From an uncultured Gemmatimonadales bacterium (GTDB lineage: Bacteria > Gemmatimonadota > Gemmatimonadetes > Gemmatimonadales > Gemmatimonadaceae), in assembly GCA_963793305.1 (NCBI GenBank), contig CAWBZV010000002.1, positions 64,001-128,000 of the forward strand: a stretch of DNA of 64,000 nucleotides. The letters run 5' to 3'. This document shows, piece by piece, positions 8,576 to 18,291 of the stretch. Made by a program: the position numbers and the translations under genes. The notes beneath the pieces are model-generated. The model was not told the DNA's origin. It worked only from the letters and a program-made list of their open reading frames with translations, and did not search any database. The stretch's first letter is position 1. The number at the start of each line of letters is the position of its first letter.

Positions 8576-9469
8576 GTGACTGGCATTCCGCCCCTCGTCT
8601 GCCCCGCCGAAGGCCTCCCGCCGATCGGCGTCGATCGCGGCCGCAAAGCATTGAGGACGACCTTCAGTATCATTCTCGGTGGCCTGTTCGGCACGCTGCT
8701 CGTCCTGGCTGCCCGGCATGCTCGAGTTCGACCTCCTACTCCTCGCCGGGTGGCTGTGCGCGGTCGCAGCAGGTCCGCGGGCCATCGTTGGCGCCTCGGT
8801 TTCCGACCTGTGCCCCTCGGGGGCATGGTCTACGCGGGGCCGCGGCGCTGGGAAGGCGACGACCGCTTTCGGCGGAACGTGTTCTGGTTCGTCGGTGCCG
8901 GCCCCGCGATGAGCCTCGCGACCGGCGCGATCGAGCTCATGCTCGGGGCTCCCATGACAATGCTCTGGTGCTGGGGGATCATCTCGTTGGTGATCGGCGT
9001 GGTGACGATCGTCCCGGCGCGCTATCCGACAGGCCTCACGACGGACGGCGAGAAATTGCTGCGTGCGTGGCGGTCCGAGCCTCGGGACATGCCGCTGACG
9101 GCCCTGCGTATGATGGCGGTCGCCATTCAGCCGCGTGACTGGGACCCGACGCTCCTCGCGGCCGCGCGCGCCGAGTCGGAGTCAGAGGGCAGTGACGCGA
9201 TCGATGCGACGTTCCTGCTGTACTATTGGGCGCTCGACTGCGGTGACATCGTCGGGGCGGGGGCGCTGCTGCAGCGAGTCATCGATTACGCGTGCGGGAC
9301 CACCCGATGGCCCCGCACGACGATCTCGCTCGAAGTCGGACTTGAGGCGACCCTATATGAGTCCGTCTGGCGTGGCGATGCCGCGGCCGCGGCGATCGCC
9401 AAGTTCGCGCGGACAACCTTCTGCCATCGCGCGACGATCGAGCGACTCAGTAGTTCAGGTTCGGGTTGA
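8576..9469 (+). pseudogene. Degenerate M50 metallopeptidase-like membrane protein
   Basis: PLGGMV, GAGPAMSL and TDG motifs present but no HExxH; 5' part appears split between frames; start uncertain. Confidence 0.35.
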
Positions 9470-11369
9470 GCAGGTGCCAGTGGAACAGGAACCAGAAGAA
9501 GAAGACGCAGGCGAGGGCGAGCAGCGTGTTCCAGATCTTCGCCCAGATCCAGCGCCCGCTGTCGCGCCAGGCGCCGATGCTCTGGTAGATCGCGACCAGT
9601 GAACCGAGGCCCACGAGCAGTCCCAGGAACTGCATGAGGTGGATCTCGAAGTCGCCGTTCTTCCCGAGACCGAAGTCGTTGGTGAACTTGTTCAAGAACG
9701 ACGCCAGCATCGCGACGATAATGAAGGCGACGATGCACGTGGCGTACACGAGCAGGCGGAGGCGTCGCGCGTCGCCTTCGAGCGCGAGTGTCTGGCCATA
9801 GTGCTTCCGGATCATGGCGCCGACGGGCCAGCCGAGGAGGCTCAGCGCCATCACGATGAGGCTCACGACCAGCAGTTGGACGTTGGTGGTCTTCTTGTCG
9901 AGCGTGTGATCGACCCGCTGGGCGAGCTCGAAGGGGAAGTCCAGGTACACGATGCGGCGTCCGGTCGAGTCGGTCGCGAAGGCGACCTGCTCGTGTCCGT
10001 CCACGTCACGGAAGCGCATCGGCGCGATCTCGCGGTAGCGAACCGGTTGTCCGTTGAGCTGCTTCTGGTCCGGAATGGTGAGGAGCGTCGAGTCTTTCGC
10101 ATCGCGCTGGACCCCGATCTCGCCGAGGAGACTCAGGGGCGAGAAGATATTCGTCTCGAAGCGCCGGCTGCCGAGGTAGAGACCCGAGACCGTGCGCGCA
10201 TTGGCGGCTGAGGTGGCGAGCGTCGGTGGCTGCGGCGTCGTCTCCGGGAAGTACCGATCCATGAACGCGTTGAACAGGTACGTGCGCGCGCCACCATCTT
10301 CGGGGCGCCCGGCGCTGTTGTACGACACGAAGAATCCGACGTTCTGATCGAGGATCAGGTGTAGGTCTGAGTGGAACCACTGCGTATCGCCGCCATGGCC
10401 GATGATGTGGTGGCCGTAGCGCGACTCTTCGTAGAACCCGAGATCCATCGCGTGCATGCCCTCGGGCCAGCCCGTCTGTGGGCTATGCATCATCTGAGCG
10501 GTCGCGGGTTGCAGGATCTGCGCGGTGCCGTATTTGCCATCCTGCAGATGCGCGATCATGAGGTGGCACATGTCCACGGCGGACGCTGACAGCGCGCCAG
10601 CCGGGGCGACCTCGACGAACTCGAAACCCTTCGCGCTGTCGGACCCCAGCTTGTAGCCATCGGACATCTGACTCTGGAGTGCAGGGGGAAGCGGTTGTCT
10701 AAACGTTGCGTGGTGCATGTCGAGGGGCTGGAAGATGTGTTGCTCGACATAGTCCTCGAATGGCTGACCGGAGACCCGCTCGACGATGTAGGCGGCCAAG
10801 GTCGTCGCGTAGTTCGAGTACGCCGGAACCTTGCCTGGCGGATAGATCCGTTTCGGCATGTGCTCGATCAGATACGAGCGGCGCGGCATCATCTCTGGAG
10901 CCGTCTTGACGAACAGTTGCTTGATCGTCTCCTCGAACCCGGCGCGATGCGTCATGATGTCGCGCAGGGTGATCGGCTTTCCGAACGCCGGCGGCACCGG
11001 GAAGTCGAGGTACGAATTGATGTCCTTATCGAGGTCGAGCTTCCCCTGCTCGACCTGCTGCATCACGGCCGTCCAGGTGAACAGCTTCGAGATCGAACCC
11101 GGTCGGAACAGCGTGCTCTCGGGAACGATCGGGCGCTTGTGGGCGACGTCCGAGTAGCCGTACCCTTTGGCGAACAAAACCTTGCCATCTTTGACCACCG
11201 CGATGACGGCACCGGCAATGTCACCGTGGTTGACCTGCAACGGCATGAATCCATCGAGGAAGGACTCGAGATCCGCCGTGGTCAGCGGGACGGGAGCTTT
11301 CGGCGTGGGAGCCTGCGCGAGCAGAGTCCCAGCGACGCCCAAGCCAAGCACGCACCAGCGGAAAGCCAT
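9447..11369 (-). CDS. Membrane-anchored serine hydrolase, beta-lactamase/PBP family
   Basis: Signal peptide MAFRWCVLGLG with GAGAGGA RBS; GSISKLF (SxxK), AYSN (YxN), IGHGGD; C-terminal TM helices. Confidence 0.9.
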   Translation of the reverse strand: MAFRWCVLGLGVAGTLLAQAPTPKAPVPLTTADLESFLDGFMPLQVNHGDIAGAVIAVVKDGKVLFAKGYGYSDVAHKRPIVPESTLFRPGSISKLFTWTAVMQQVEQGKLDLDKDINSYLDFPVPPAFGKPITLRDIMTHRAGFEETIKQLFVKTAPEMMPRRSYLIEHMPKRIYPPGKVPAYSNYATTLAAYIVERVSGQPFEDYVEQHIFQPLDMHHATFRQPLPPALQSQMSDGYKLGSDSAKGFEFVEVAPAGALSASAVDMCHLMIAHLQDGKYGTAQILQPATAQMMHSPQTGWPEGMHAMDLGFYEESRYGHHIIGHGGDTQWFHSDLHLILDQNVGFFVSYNSAGRPEDGGARTYLFNAFMDRYFPETTPQPPTLATSAANARTVSGLYLGSRRFETNIFSPLSLLGEIGVQRDAKDSTLLTIPDQKQLNGQPVRYREIAPMRFRDVDGHEQVAFATDSTGRRIVYLDFPFELAQRVDHTLDKKTTNVQLLVVSLIVMALSLLGWPVGAMIRKHYGQTLALEGDARRLRLLVYATCIVAFIIVAMLASFLNKFTNDFGLGKNGDFEIHLMQFLGLLVGLGSLVAIYQSIGAWRDSGRWIWAKIWNTLLALACVFFFWFLFHWHLLNPNLNY

Positions 11370-11430
11370 CGGAACCGTCCTCTCGGGAGGGGGTTGCGCC
11401 CCTACGGCGCATGGGGCAATATGTGGCATC

Positions 11431-13137
11431 ATGTATACAACTTGTATACGGCTTCTGCTAGCGGCGAGTTTCCTGACCGCCTGCGCCGCGCCCGCCCCGG
11501 CCCCTTCGGGATATGACCTGATCATTTCGGGTGGCCACGTCGTCGACGGGACCGGCAACCCATGGTTCACCGGCGATGTCGCCATTCAAGGCGACCGGAT
11601 CGTCAGAGTGGCGCCGGCGGGCACTCTCGCCAACGCGAGCGCCAAGCGCCGCATCGACGCCACCGGACTCGTTGTCGCGCCGGGATTTATCGACATTCAG
11701 GGCCAGTCTGATTCCGCCTTTCTCCTCGGCAATGGAAGAAACGTCAGCAAAGTCACGCAAGGGATTACGACCGAGATCCTCGGCGAGGGTGCGACGCCGG
11801 CGCCGGCCAACGCCCGGACGCTGGCGCTGGACTCGACGAGCGACACCACCTCGGCCCGCGTCGACACTACCTGGCGCGGGGAGCATGGATTCGGCAAGTG
11901 GCTCACCGCGATGGGGCAGCATGGCATCTCCGAGAACGTCGGCTCGTTCGTCGGCGCGGCCACGATCCGCATGTATGGCAAGGGCGCAGACACCGGCGCG
12001 CCGAGCGCCGCGCAGCTCGACACCATGCGCGCCGCGGTGCACCGCGCGATGGTCGACGGCGCCTTCGGTATGGCCAGCGCGCTCATCTACCCACCGGGTG
12101 CGTATGCCGGCACCGATGAGCTGATCGCCGAAGCGAAAGAGATGGCGCCCTATCACGGCGTCTACATCACCCACATGCGCTCGGAAGGAGACCATCTGGT
12201 CGATGGCGTGACCGAAGCCATGCGGATCGGGCGCGAGGGCGGGGTTCCCGTCGAGATCTATCATTTGAAGGCCGCGGGCGTACGAAACTGGCCCACCATG
12301 GCCAAGGTGATCGGGATGATCGATTCGGCCCGCGCCGCGGGACAGGATGTCGGGGCCGATATGTACCCATGGGAAGCCGGCGGGACCGCGCTCGCGGCCT
12401 GCCTTCCGCCGTGGAGCGCCGCCGGCGACAGCCTGCTGCAGCGCGTCGCCGCGCCCGCGACTCGCGCTCGCATCCGCGCCGATCTGCTCCGCACGAACAC
12501 CTCCTGGGAGAGCCTCTGCCAACTCGCGACGCCGCACGGTGTCATGGTCGTGGGTCTCAAAGATCCGGCGGACAAAGCGTATGAGGGTCTGCGCCTCGAC
12601 GAGATCGCCACTCGCGAGCACAAGGAGTGGCCTGACGCGCTCATGGATGTCGTGACGCGTGAAAAGGCGCAGGCCGCCGCCATGTTCTTCATTGCGAGCG
12701 AGAAGAACCTCGAGCTCCAGATGAGCCAGCCGTGGATCAAGTTCGGCACGGATGCGGATGGCTCGGATCCGGACTCGCTCAAGGGGCTGACCCACCCGCG
12801 CGCCTACGGAAACTATCCGCGGATTCTCGGACGCTACGTGCGCGAGAAGCACGTCCTCACGCTCGAGGACGCGATCCGTAAGATGACGTCAGCGGTCGCC
12901 GAGCGGCTCTCGATCCCGGATCGCGGGCTGGTGCGGGAGCAATACTACGCCGACGTGGTCGTCTTCGACCCGAACACGGTCATCGACAACGCGACGTACG
13001 ACAAGCCGAGTCAGATATCGTCGGGGATTCGCGAAGTATTCGTGAACGGCGTCGAGGTCGTGCACGATGAAAAGCACACAGGTGCCAAGCCCGGGCGCGT
13101 TATACGTGGCCCGGGCTATTCTGCAGGTGGCGGCTGA
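11431..13137 (+). CDS. N-acyl-D-amino-acid deacylase (D-aminoacylase) family lipoprotein
   Basis: Lipobox FLTAC; VVDGTGNPW, APGFID, THMRSE, YHLK, GTD, HPRAYGNYPRILG, EVFVNGV. Confidence 0.88.
   Translation: MYTTCIRLLLAASFLTACAAPAPAPSGYDLIISGGHVVDGTGNPWFTGDVAIQGDRIVRVAPAGTLANASAKRRIDATGLVVAPGFIDIQGQSDSAFLLGNGRNVSKVTQGITTEILGEGATPAPANARTLALDSTSDTTSARVDTTWRGEHGFGKWLTAMGQHGISENVGSFVGAATIRMYGKGADTGAPSAAQLDTMRAAVHRAMVDGAFGMASALIYPPGAYAGTDELIAEAKEMAPYHGVYITHMRSEGDHLVDGVTEAMRIGREGGVPVEIYHLKAAGVRNWPTMAKVIGMIDSARAAGQDVGADMYPWEAGGTALAACLPPWSAAGDSLLQRVAAPATRARIRADLLRTNTSWESLCQLATPHGVMVVGLKDPADKAYEGLRLDEIATREHKEWPDALMDVVTREKAQAAAMFFIASEKNLELQMSQPWIKFGTDADGSDPDSLKGLTHPRAYGNYPRILGRYVREKHVLTLEDAIRKMTSAVAERLSIPDRGLVREQYYADVVVFDPNTVIDNATYDKPSQISSGIREVFVNGVEVVHDEKHTGAKPGRVIRGPGYSAGGG
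11433..11449. promoter_or_regulatory. GntR-type operator box 1 (GTATAC-N5-GTATAC)
   Basis: GTATACaacttGTATAC in the serine hydrolase/D-aminoacylase divergon; one of four identically spaced copies. Confidence 0.75.
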
Positions 13138-15160
13138 GGTAATCGGCCGCCGCTGCGAAGAACCGCACCCAGCTCCGATAGAGGAACAGGTCATGCACCT
13201 CGTCGGGGATGATCATCTGCTCGAACTCGACGTTCTGCGCGCGGAGCGCGGTGATCAGCTCCGGCGCCTGCGCGTAGGGCACGTTCCGATCGTCATCCGC
13301 CTGCACGATCAGCACCGGTGAGCGCCAGCCATGGACCGCGGCCATCGGTGACGACTGATACGCCACGCGGGCCTCGTCGCGCGTCGTGTCGAACGGTGGT
13401 GCGAAGAGAAACGCGCGCCAGTCGTGGACACCAGCGTAGTCGACGCCGGCGGCGAACAGGTCGGAGTAGCGCGAGAGCGCCTGCGCGGTCATGAGCCCTC
13501 CGTAGCTACCGCCCCATACGCCAATGTGCGCGGGATCCACGTCCGCCCGGTTCCGCAGATACAGCCCGGCGCCTTGGATATCCTGATTCTCGCTCGCGCC
13601 GTTCGCGCCGAAGTTCGCCGGCTTGCGGAAATTGAGCCCGTAGCCAATGCCGCCACGGTAATTCACCGACAGCACGACAAACCCTCGGCTCGCGAGATAT
13701 TGGTTCATCGCGTACATGTAGCTGTACGCGTCCATCATGTGCCATCCGAGCAGCATCTGGCGAATCGGCCCGCCATGAAAGAACACGACCGCCGGATGAC
13801 GCCCGCTGCCCGACGGCGCGAAGAGCTGCGCGTGGATCATCATGCCGTCGCCCGATGAGAAGACGACTTGCTCGGGAACAACGAGCTTCGCCGCCGGAAA
13901 GTCGGCCGGGATCGCCTCCATTGCGAGATCGCGCACGGCGCTCGTGACGATCGCGGGATGCATCGGACGCCGCGCGTCCGAACGCAACACCGCCACGGTC
14001 TTCCCATCGCTCGCCACGACCGGATAGCTCTCGATCCCGGTGCCCGGCGTCAGCTCGACCGGCCGGCCGCCGCTGACCGCGACGCGCCATACGTGCTGGC
14101 GATCAATGTCGTTCTCGTTTCCGGCGTAGACCAAGTCTTGCCGGTTTGGGTTCATCGACGCCGTGAAAATCTCGAAGTCGCCTGGCGTCAACTCGGTCGT
14201 GGCGCCACCCCGCGCGGCAATACTATAGAGGTGGAGCCAGCCCGACTTCTCCCACGGAAAGACGATCCGGTCGCCCGCGCCCCAGAACAGCTGATGGTCG
14301 GCCACCAGCTGCTGGTACAGACTACCGGACCCCTGATCGGCGGTAAAGACGGCATGTCCGATCCCAGTGGCGGCATCAGCGACCCAGATCGACCACGGAC
14401 GACCGGTGCGCCCCTCGAGAAAGAAGTTAGGCCCTCCGGTGGGCACGCGCACAAATGCGAGGTGCGTCCCATCGGGCGACCACTCGGGGTCTCCATCGCG
14501 ATCGACACTCGGCGCGAGCCACACCACCGATTTCGCGGCGACATCATAGACGCCCACGAAGTCGTGGTCACCGCGCGCGCTCACGAACGCCAGCTTCGAT
14601 CCATCAGTTGACCAGCGGAGCGAACCACTGCGGCCCTTCTCGCTGATCAGCGATTCAGACTTGCCGCTGCCATCGAGATGCGCGGCCCAGATGTGGCCGC
14701 CCGACTCGTACGCTACGATATCGCCCTTCGGCGAGACCAATGCCCCGTGCCCGTCACCGAGTTTCCTTGGCGCGCCTCCATGGACGCTGACGGCGAATAG
14801 CTCTTGCCCGAGATCGCCCGACGGCAGACTGAGCGGATTCGTTCGCGAACCAGGACCGAGGCTGCCGCGGGCGTAGACGATGGTCTCGCCGTCCGGGCTC
14901 CAGGCCAACTCACCGAGCTCCTGGCCGTCGTCCCCCGTGTATGAGGTCACCGCCCGAGCCGCATATCCCCCATCGGCGCCGGGCTCGGCCACCCATACAT
15001 TGCGGCTGCCCCTGGCGTTGAACACCCAGGCGATACGTCCTTTCGCCGGGGCCGCCGTCAGCTCCGTGGGGAAGGGCGCACCGAGGGCCTGCTCGATCGT
15101 AAACGCGGGAGCTTGGGCAGCCAGAGGCGCGGCGAGCAGCACGACGAAAGCGAAGCGCAT
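13100..15160 (-). CDS. S9 family peptidase (prolyl oligopeptidase/dipeptidyl aminopeptidase-like)
   Basis: Signal peptide; PD40-like propeller; HGGP, GGSYGG, DDRNV, EVH catalytic triad. Confidence 0.92.
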   Translation of the reverse strand: MRFAFVVLLAAPLAAQAPAFTIEQALGAPFPTELTAAPAKGRIAWVFNARGSRNVWVAEPGADGGYAARAVTSYTGDDGQELGELAWSPDGETIVYARGSLGPGSRTNPLSLPSGDLGQELFAVSVHGGAPRKLGDGHGALVSPKGDIVAYESGGHIWAAHLDGSGKSESLISEKGRSGSLRWSTDGSKLAFVSARGDHDFVGVYDVAAKSVVWLAPSVDRDGDPEWSPDGTHLAFVRVPTGGPNFFLEGRTGRPWSIWVADAATGIGHAVFTADQGSGSLYQQLVADHQLFWGAGDRIVFPWEKSGWLHLYSIAARGGATTELTPGDFEIFTASMNPNRQDLVYAGNENDIDRQHVWRVAVSGGRPVELTPGTGIESYPVVASDGKTVAVLRSDARRPMHPAIVTSAVRDLAMEAIPADFPAAKLVVPEQVVFSSGDGMMIHAQLFAPSGSGRHPAVVFFHGGPIRQMLLGWHMMDAYSYMYAMNQYLASRGFVVLSVNYRGGIGYGLNFRKPANFGANGASENQDIQGAGLYLRNRADVDPAHIGVWGGSYGGLMTAQALSRYSDLFAAGVDYAGVHDWRAFLFAPPFDTTRDEARVAYQSSPMAAVHGWRSPVLIVQADDDRNVPYAQAPELITALRAQNVEFEQMIIPDEVHDLFLYRSWVRFFAAAADYLSRHLQNSPGHV

Positions 15161-15190
15161 AGTCTCGTGTGGTGTTATAGTAGAGGACTT

Positions 15191-16960
15191 ATGTATACAC
15201 TCTGTATACTTGTCGCCGCAACCGTAACCGGGTTATCCCCCCAAACCCCCAAGGGGCGTTCGCTGGCGCAGGCCGCCGATTCGAACGTCCAAGTCACGTG
15301 GGGCGTGCGGATTCCCATGCGGGACGGCGTCGTCCTGAACGCGACCGTCTACGGGCCGGCGGCGGTCACCGCTCAGCTCCCCGTGGTGTTCGAGCTCACG
15401 CCGTACATCTCCGACACGTATAACGATCGCGGGATGTACTTCGCCCGCCACGGCTACCGCTTCGCCATCGTCGACGTGCGCGGGCGCGGCAACTCCGCGG
15501 GCACGGCGCACTTCATGGCCGATGCAAAGAATGGCTACGACATCGTCGAGTGGCTCGCGCGCCAACCGTGGTGCAATGGCAAGGTCGCCATGTGGGGCGG
15601 CTCGTACGCGGGCGAGGACCAGTGGGCGACCGCGAAGGAGCACCCGCCGCATCTCGCCACCATCGTGCCCGCGGCAGCGGCGTATCCCAGTGTCGATTTT
15701 CCGTTCTACGCCAACGTGTTCGGCTCGTACGATACCCAGTGGCTGACACTCGTGAGCGGCGTGACGCCGCAAGACCATCTGTTCGGCGAGAGCAACTACT
15801 GGATCGACCGGTTCCACGCGCTCTATGCGCGCCACCTCCCGTTCGCGTCGCTCGATAGCGTCGTCGGGAATCACGAGACGGCATTTCACGAGTGGCTCGC
15901 GCATCCCATTCCCGATGCGCATTGGGACTCGCTGGTGCCGACGCCGGACCAGTACGCGGCCATTCGCATGCCGGTGTTGACGATCACCGGGCACTACGAT
16001 GGCGATCAGCGCGGAGCGCTCGAGTACTACCGCCGCCACATGCAGTCCGGCGCCGCCGACCACTATCTCATCATCGGACCATGGGATCACGCCGGGACTC
16101 GCACGCCGCGGGATGAGGTCGGCGGGCTCAAGTTCGGCCCGGCATCCCTCGTGGATCTCCCCGCGCTACACGTCGCGTGGTACGACTGGACAATGAAAGG
16201 CGGTCCGAAGCCCGAGTTTCTCAAAAAACGCGTCGCCTACTATCTGCCGGGCACCGGCGCCGAGGTCTGGAAGTACGCCGATAGCCTCGGCGGTATCGGA
16301 GCGCACCCGGAGGCGCTCTATCTCGGCGGCCATTCGATCGACGCCTTCTCGTCGGGTACACTCGGTGCTGAGAAGGGAAGCGGCGCACCGGATCGTTGGA
16401 CCTACGACCCCTTGGACACGCGACCCGGCGATGAGCTGGAGCGCGGGGACATCGACAATACGACGACCGATCAACGCTACGCGTTGAACCTGTACGGCGC
16501 CGGCGTCGTCTATCACACCGCGCCATTTGCCGAAGCCACGGAAGTCACCGGGTGGCTGCACCTGACGCTCTGGCTCGCCATGGATGTGCCGGATGCGGAT
16601 CTCAGCGTAACGGTATCAGAGATCGAGCCAGACGGCCGGAGTATTGCGCTCACCGACGCGATGCTGCGGGCCCGATATCGCGAGTCACCTCGTCGTGAAG
16701 CCCTCGTCAAGTCGGGTGAAATACAGCGATACGACTTCAGTAATTTCCAGTTCTTCTCGCGACGCATCGCGAAGGGCAGCCGGCTGCGTCTCGTGATCAG
16801 CTCGCCGAACTCGATCTACGTCGAAAAGAATTACAACTCGGGCGGAGTCGTCGCGAATGAGAGCGGGAAGGATGCCCGCACCGCGCACATCACGCTCTAT
16901 CACGACGCGGAACACCCGAGTGCGCTAGAGATACCGGTCGTTCGACCGGTGGTACAGTAA
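15191..16960 (+). CDS. CocE/NonD family hydrolase (S15 X-Pro dipeptidyl peptidase-like)
   Basis: IPMRDGV, TPY, DVRGRGNS, GGSYAG, IGPWDH; GAGGA RBS before ATG 15191. Confidence 0.92.
   Translation: MYTLCILVAATVTGLSPQTPKGRSLAQAADSNVQVTWGVRIPMRDGVVLNATVYGPAAVTAQLPVVFELTPYISDTYNDRGMYFARHGYRFAIVDVRGRGNSAGTAHFMADAKNGYDIVEWLARQPWCNGKVAMWGGSYAGEDQWATAKEHPPHLATIVPAAAAYPSVDFPFYANVFGSYDTQWLTLVSGVTPQDHLFGESNYWIDRFHALYARHLPFASLDSVVGNHETAFHEWLAHPIPDAHWDSLVPTPDQYAAIRMPVLTITGHYDGDQRGALEYYRRHMQSGAADHYLIIGPWDHAGTRTPRDEVGGLKFGPASLVDLPALHVAWYDWTMKGGPKPEFLKKRVAYYLPGTGAEVWKYADSLGGIGAHPEALYLGGHSIDAFSSGTLGAEKGSGAPDRWTYDPLDTRPGDELERGDIDNTTTDQRYALNLYGAGVVYHTAPFAEATEVTGWLHLTLWLAMDVPDADLSVTVSEIEPDGRSIALTDAMLRARYRESPRREALVKSGEIQRYDFSNFQFFSRRIAKGSRLRLVISSPNSIYVEKNYNSGGVVANESGKDARTAHITLYHDAEHPSALEIPVVRPVVQ
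15193..15209. promoter_or_regulatory. GntR-type operator box 2 (GTATAC-N5-GTATAC)
   Basis: GTATACactctGTATAC in the S9/CocE divergon. Confidence 0.75.
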
Positions 16961-16962
16961 TC

Positions 16963-18291
16963 GTGACGCGCACGCTGGCACGCGTTCTCCGCCTCGGCGA
17001 TCTCGTCTACATCGTACTCGGCACGGTCATCGGCTCGGGGATCTTCCTGCTGCCCGGCCCCGTGCTGCAGGAAACCGGCGGCCACGTCGGTCTCGCGCTC
17101 GGCGTCTGGGTGGCCGGTGGCCTCCTGTCGTTTCTGGGCGCGATTACGTACGCCGAGCTCGGCGCGATGATGCCGCAAGCTGGTGGCATTTACATTTACA
17201 TTCGCGACGCGTTCGGTCGCCCCAGCGCATTTCTCTTCGGCTGGATGCTGTTCACCGTCATCGCGCCGGCGTCCGTCGCCACGCTGGCCGTGGGATCCAC
17301 GGCATATCTCCAAGAGCTCGTGCCCCTCTCCAGTATCGCGTCGCGGGCCGTCGCGCTCGGCATGATCGTCGTACTTGCCCTGCTCAACATCCGCGGCACC
17401 AAGGAGAGCGCGCGGGTGCAGGACTGGACCACGGCGGTGAAAGTCGGTGCGATCGTACTCATGAGCGTCGCGCTCCTCGCCGTCGGTCGCGTCGCCGGGC
17501 CGGCCACCGCGGCCACCGCGCCGGTCGCGCCCGGGCCCGGACTCCTGACCGGCATCGGCGTCGCGATGGTCGCGGTCCTGTGGGCGTACGAGGGTTGGAC
17601 CTACGTCACGTTCTCCGCCGGAGAGACGCTCGAGCCGCAGCGCACGTTCCCGCGCGCGATCGCGATCGGCACCGGTGCCTTGATCGCGTTGTATCTCCTG
17701 GCGAACCTCGGCTATCTCGCCGTGCTCGGACCGGCCACGGTCGCCAAATCCGACCGCGTGGCCTCGGAAGCGGTCCGCGCGGCGTTCGGTCCCGCGGCCG
17801 GCCGCGCGATCGCCGTGGTCGTGCTGCTGTCGATGTTCAGTGCCGTGAACGCGATTCTCTTGACCGCCCCGCGCGTGTTCTACGCGATGGCCAAAGACGG
17901 CCTTTTCTTCCGCAAGCTCGCCGAGATACACCCTCGGCTCGGCACGCCCGCCATCGCGATCGCCGCCACGGCCCTATGGTCGATGGTCCTGGCGGCGAGC
18001 GGCACGTACACGCAGCTCCTGACCTACGTGGTGTTCACAGCGTGGATCTTCTACGGCCTCGGGGCCGTCAGCGTATTTGTCTTCCGGCGCACGCGGCCCG
18101 ACGCGCCGCGTCCATTCCGGGTGCCTGGCTATCCGTGGACGCCGGCCCTCTTCGTCTTAGCGGCGCTCGGCATTGTCATCGCGACGCTGGTCGGTCAGCC
18201 CGCGCGCGCGATAGCCGGCTTGGCCGCGCTCGCGCTCGGGATGCCCGCCTATCTCATTTGGCGGCGGTCAGCACCTGTCGGCGAGCCGTAA
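16963..18291 (+). CDS. APC-family amino acid permease (LAT-like)
   Basis: VIGSGIF, YAELGAMMPQAGG, WAYEGW, RPFRVPGYP; about 12 TM. Confidence 0.93.
   Translation: MTRTLARVLRLGDLVYIVLGTVIGSGIFLLPGPVLQETGGHVGLALGVWVAGGLLSFLGAITYAELGAMMPQAGGIYIYIRDAFGRPSAFLFGWMLFTVIAPASVATLAVGSTAYLQELVPLSSIASRAVALGMIVVLALLNIRGTKESARVQDWTTAVKVGAIVLMSVALLAVGRVAGPATAATAPVAPGPGLLTGIGVAMVAVLWAYEGWTYVTFSAGETLEPQRTFPRAIAIGTGALIALYLLANLGYLAVLGPATVAKSDRVASEAVRAAFGPAAGRAIAVVVLLSMFSAVNAILLTAPRVFYAMAKDGLFFRKLAEIHPRLGTPAIAIAATALWSMVLAASGTYTQLLTYVVFTAWIFYGLGAVSVFVFRRTRPDAPRPFRVPGYPWTPALFVLAALGIVIATLVGQPARAIAGLAALALGMPAYLIWRRSAPVGEP

Noticed and set aside
9447..11369. Antibiotic-resistance beta-lactamase
   Set aside because: Large membrane-anchored serine hydrolase in a peptide catabolic locus; family membership alone does not imply resistance
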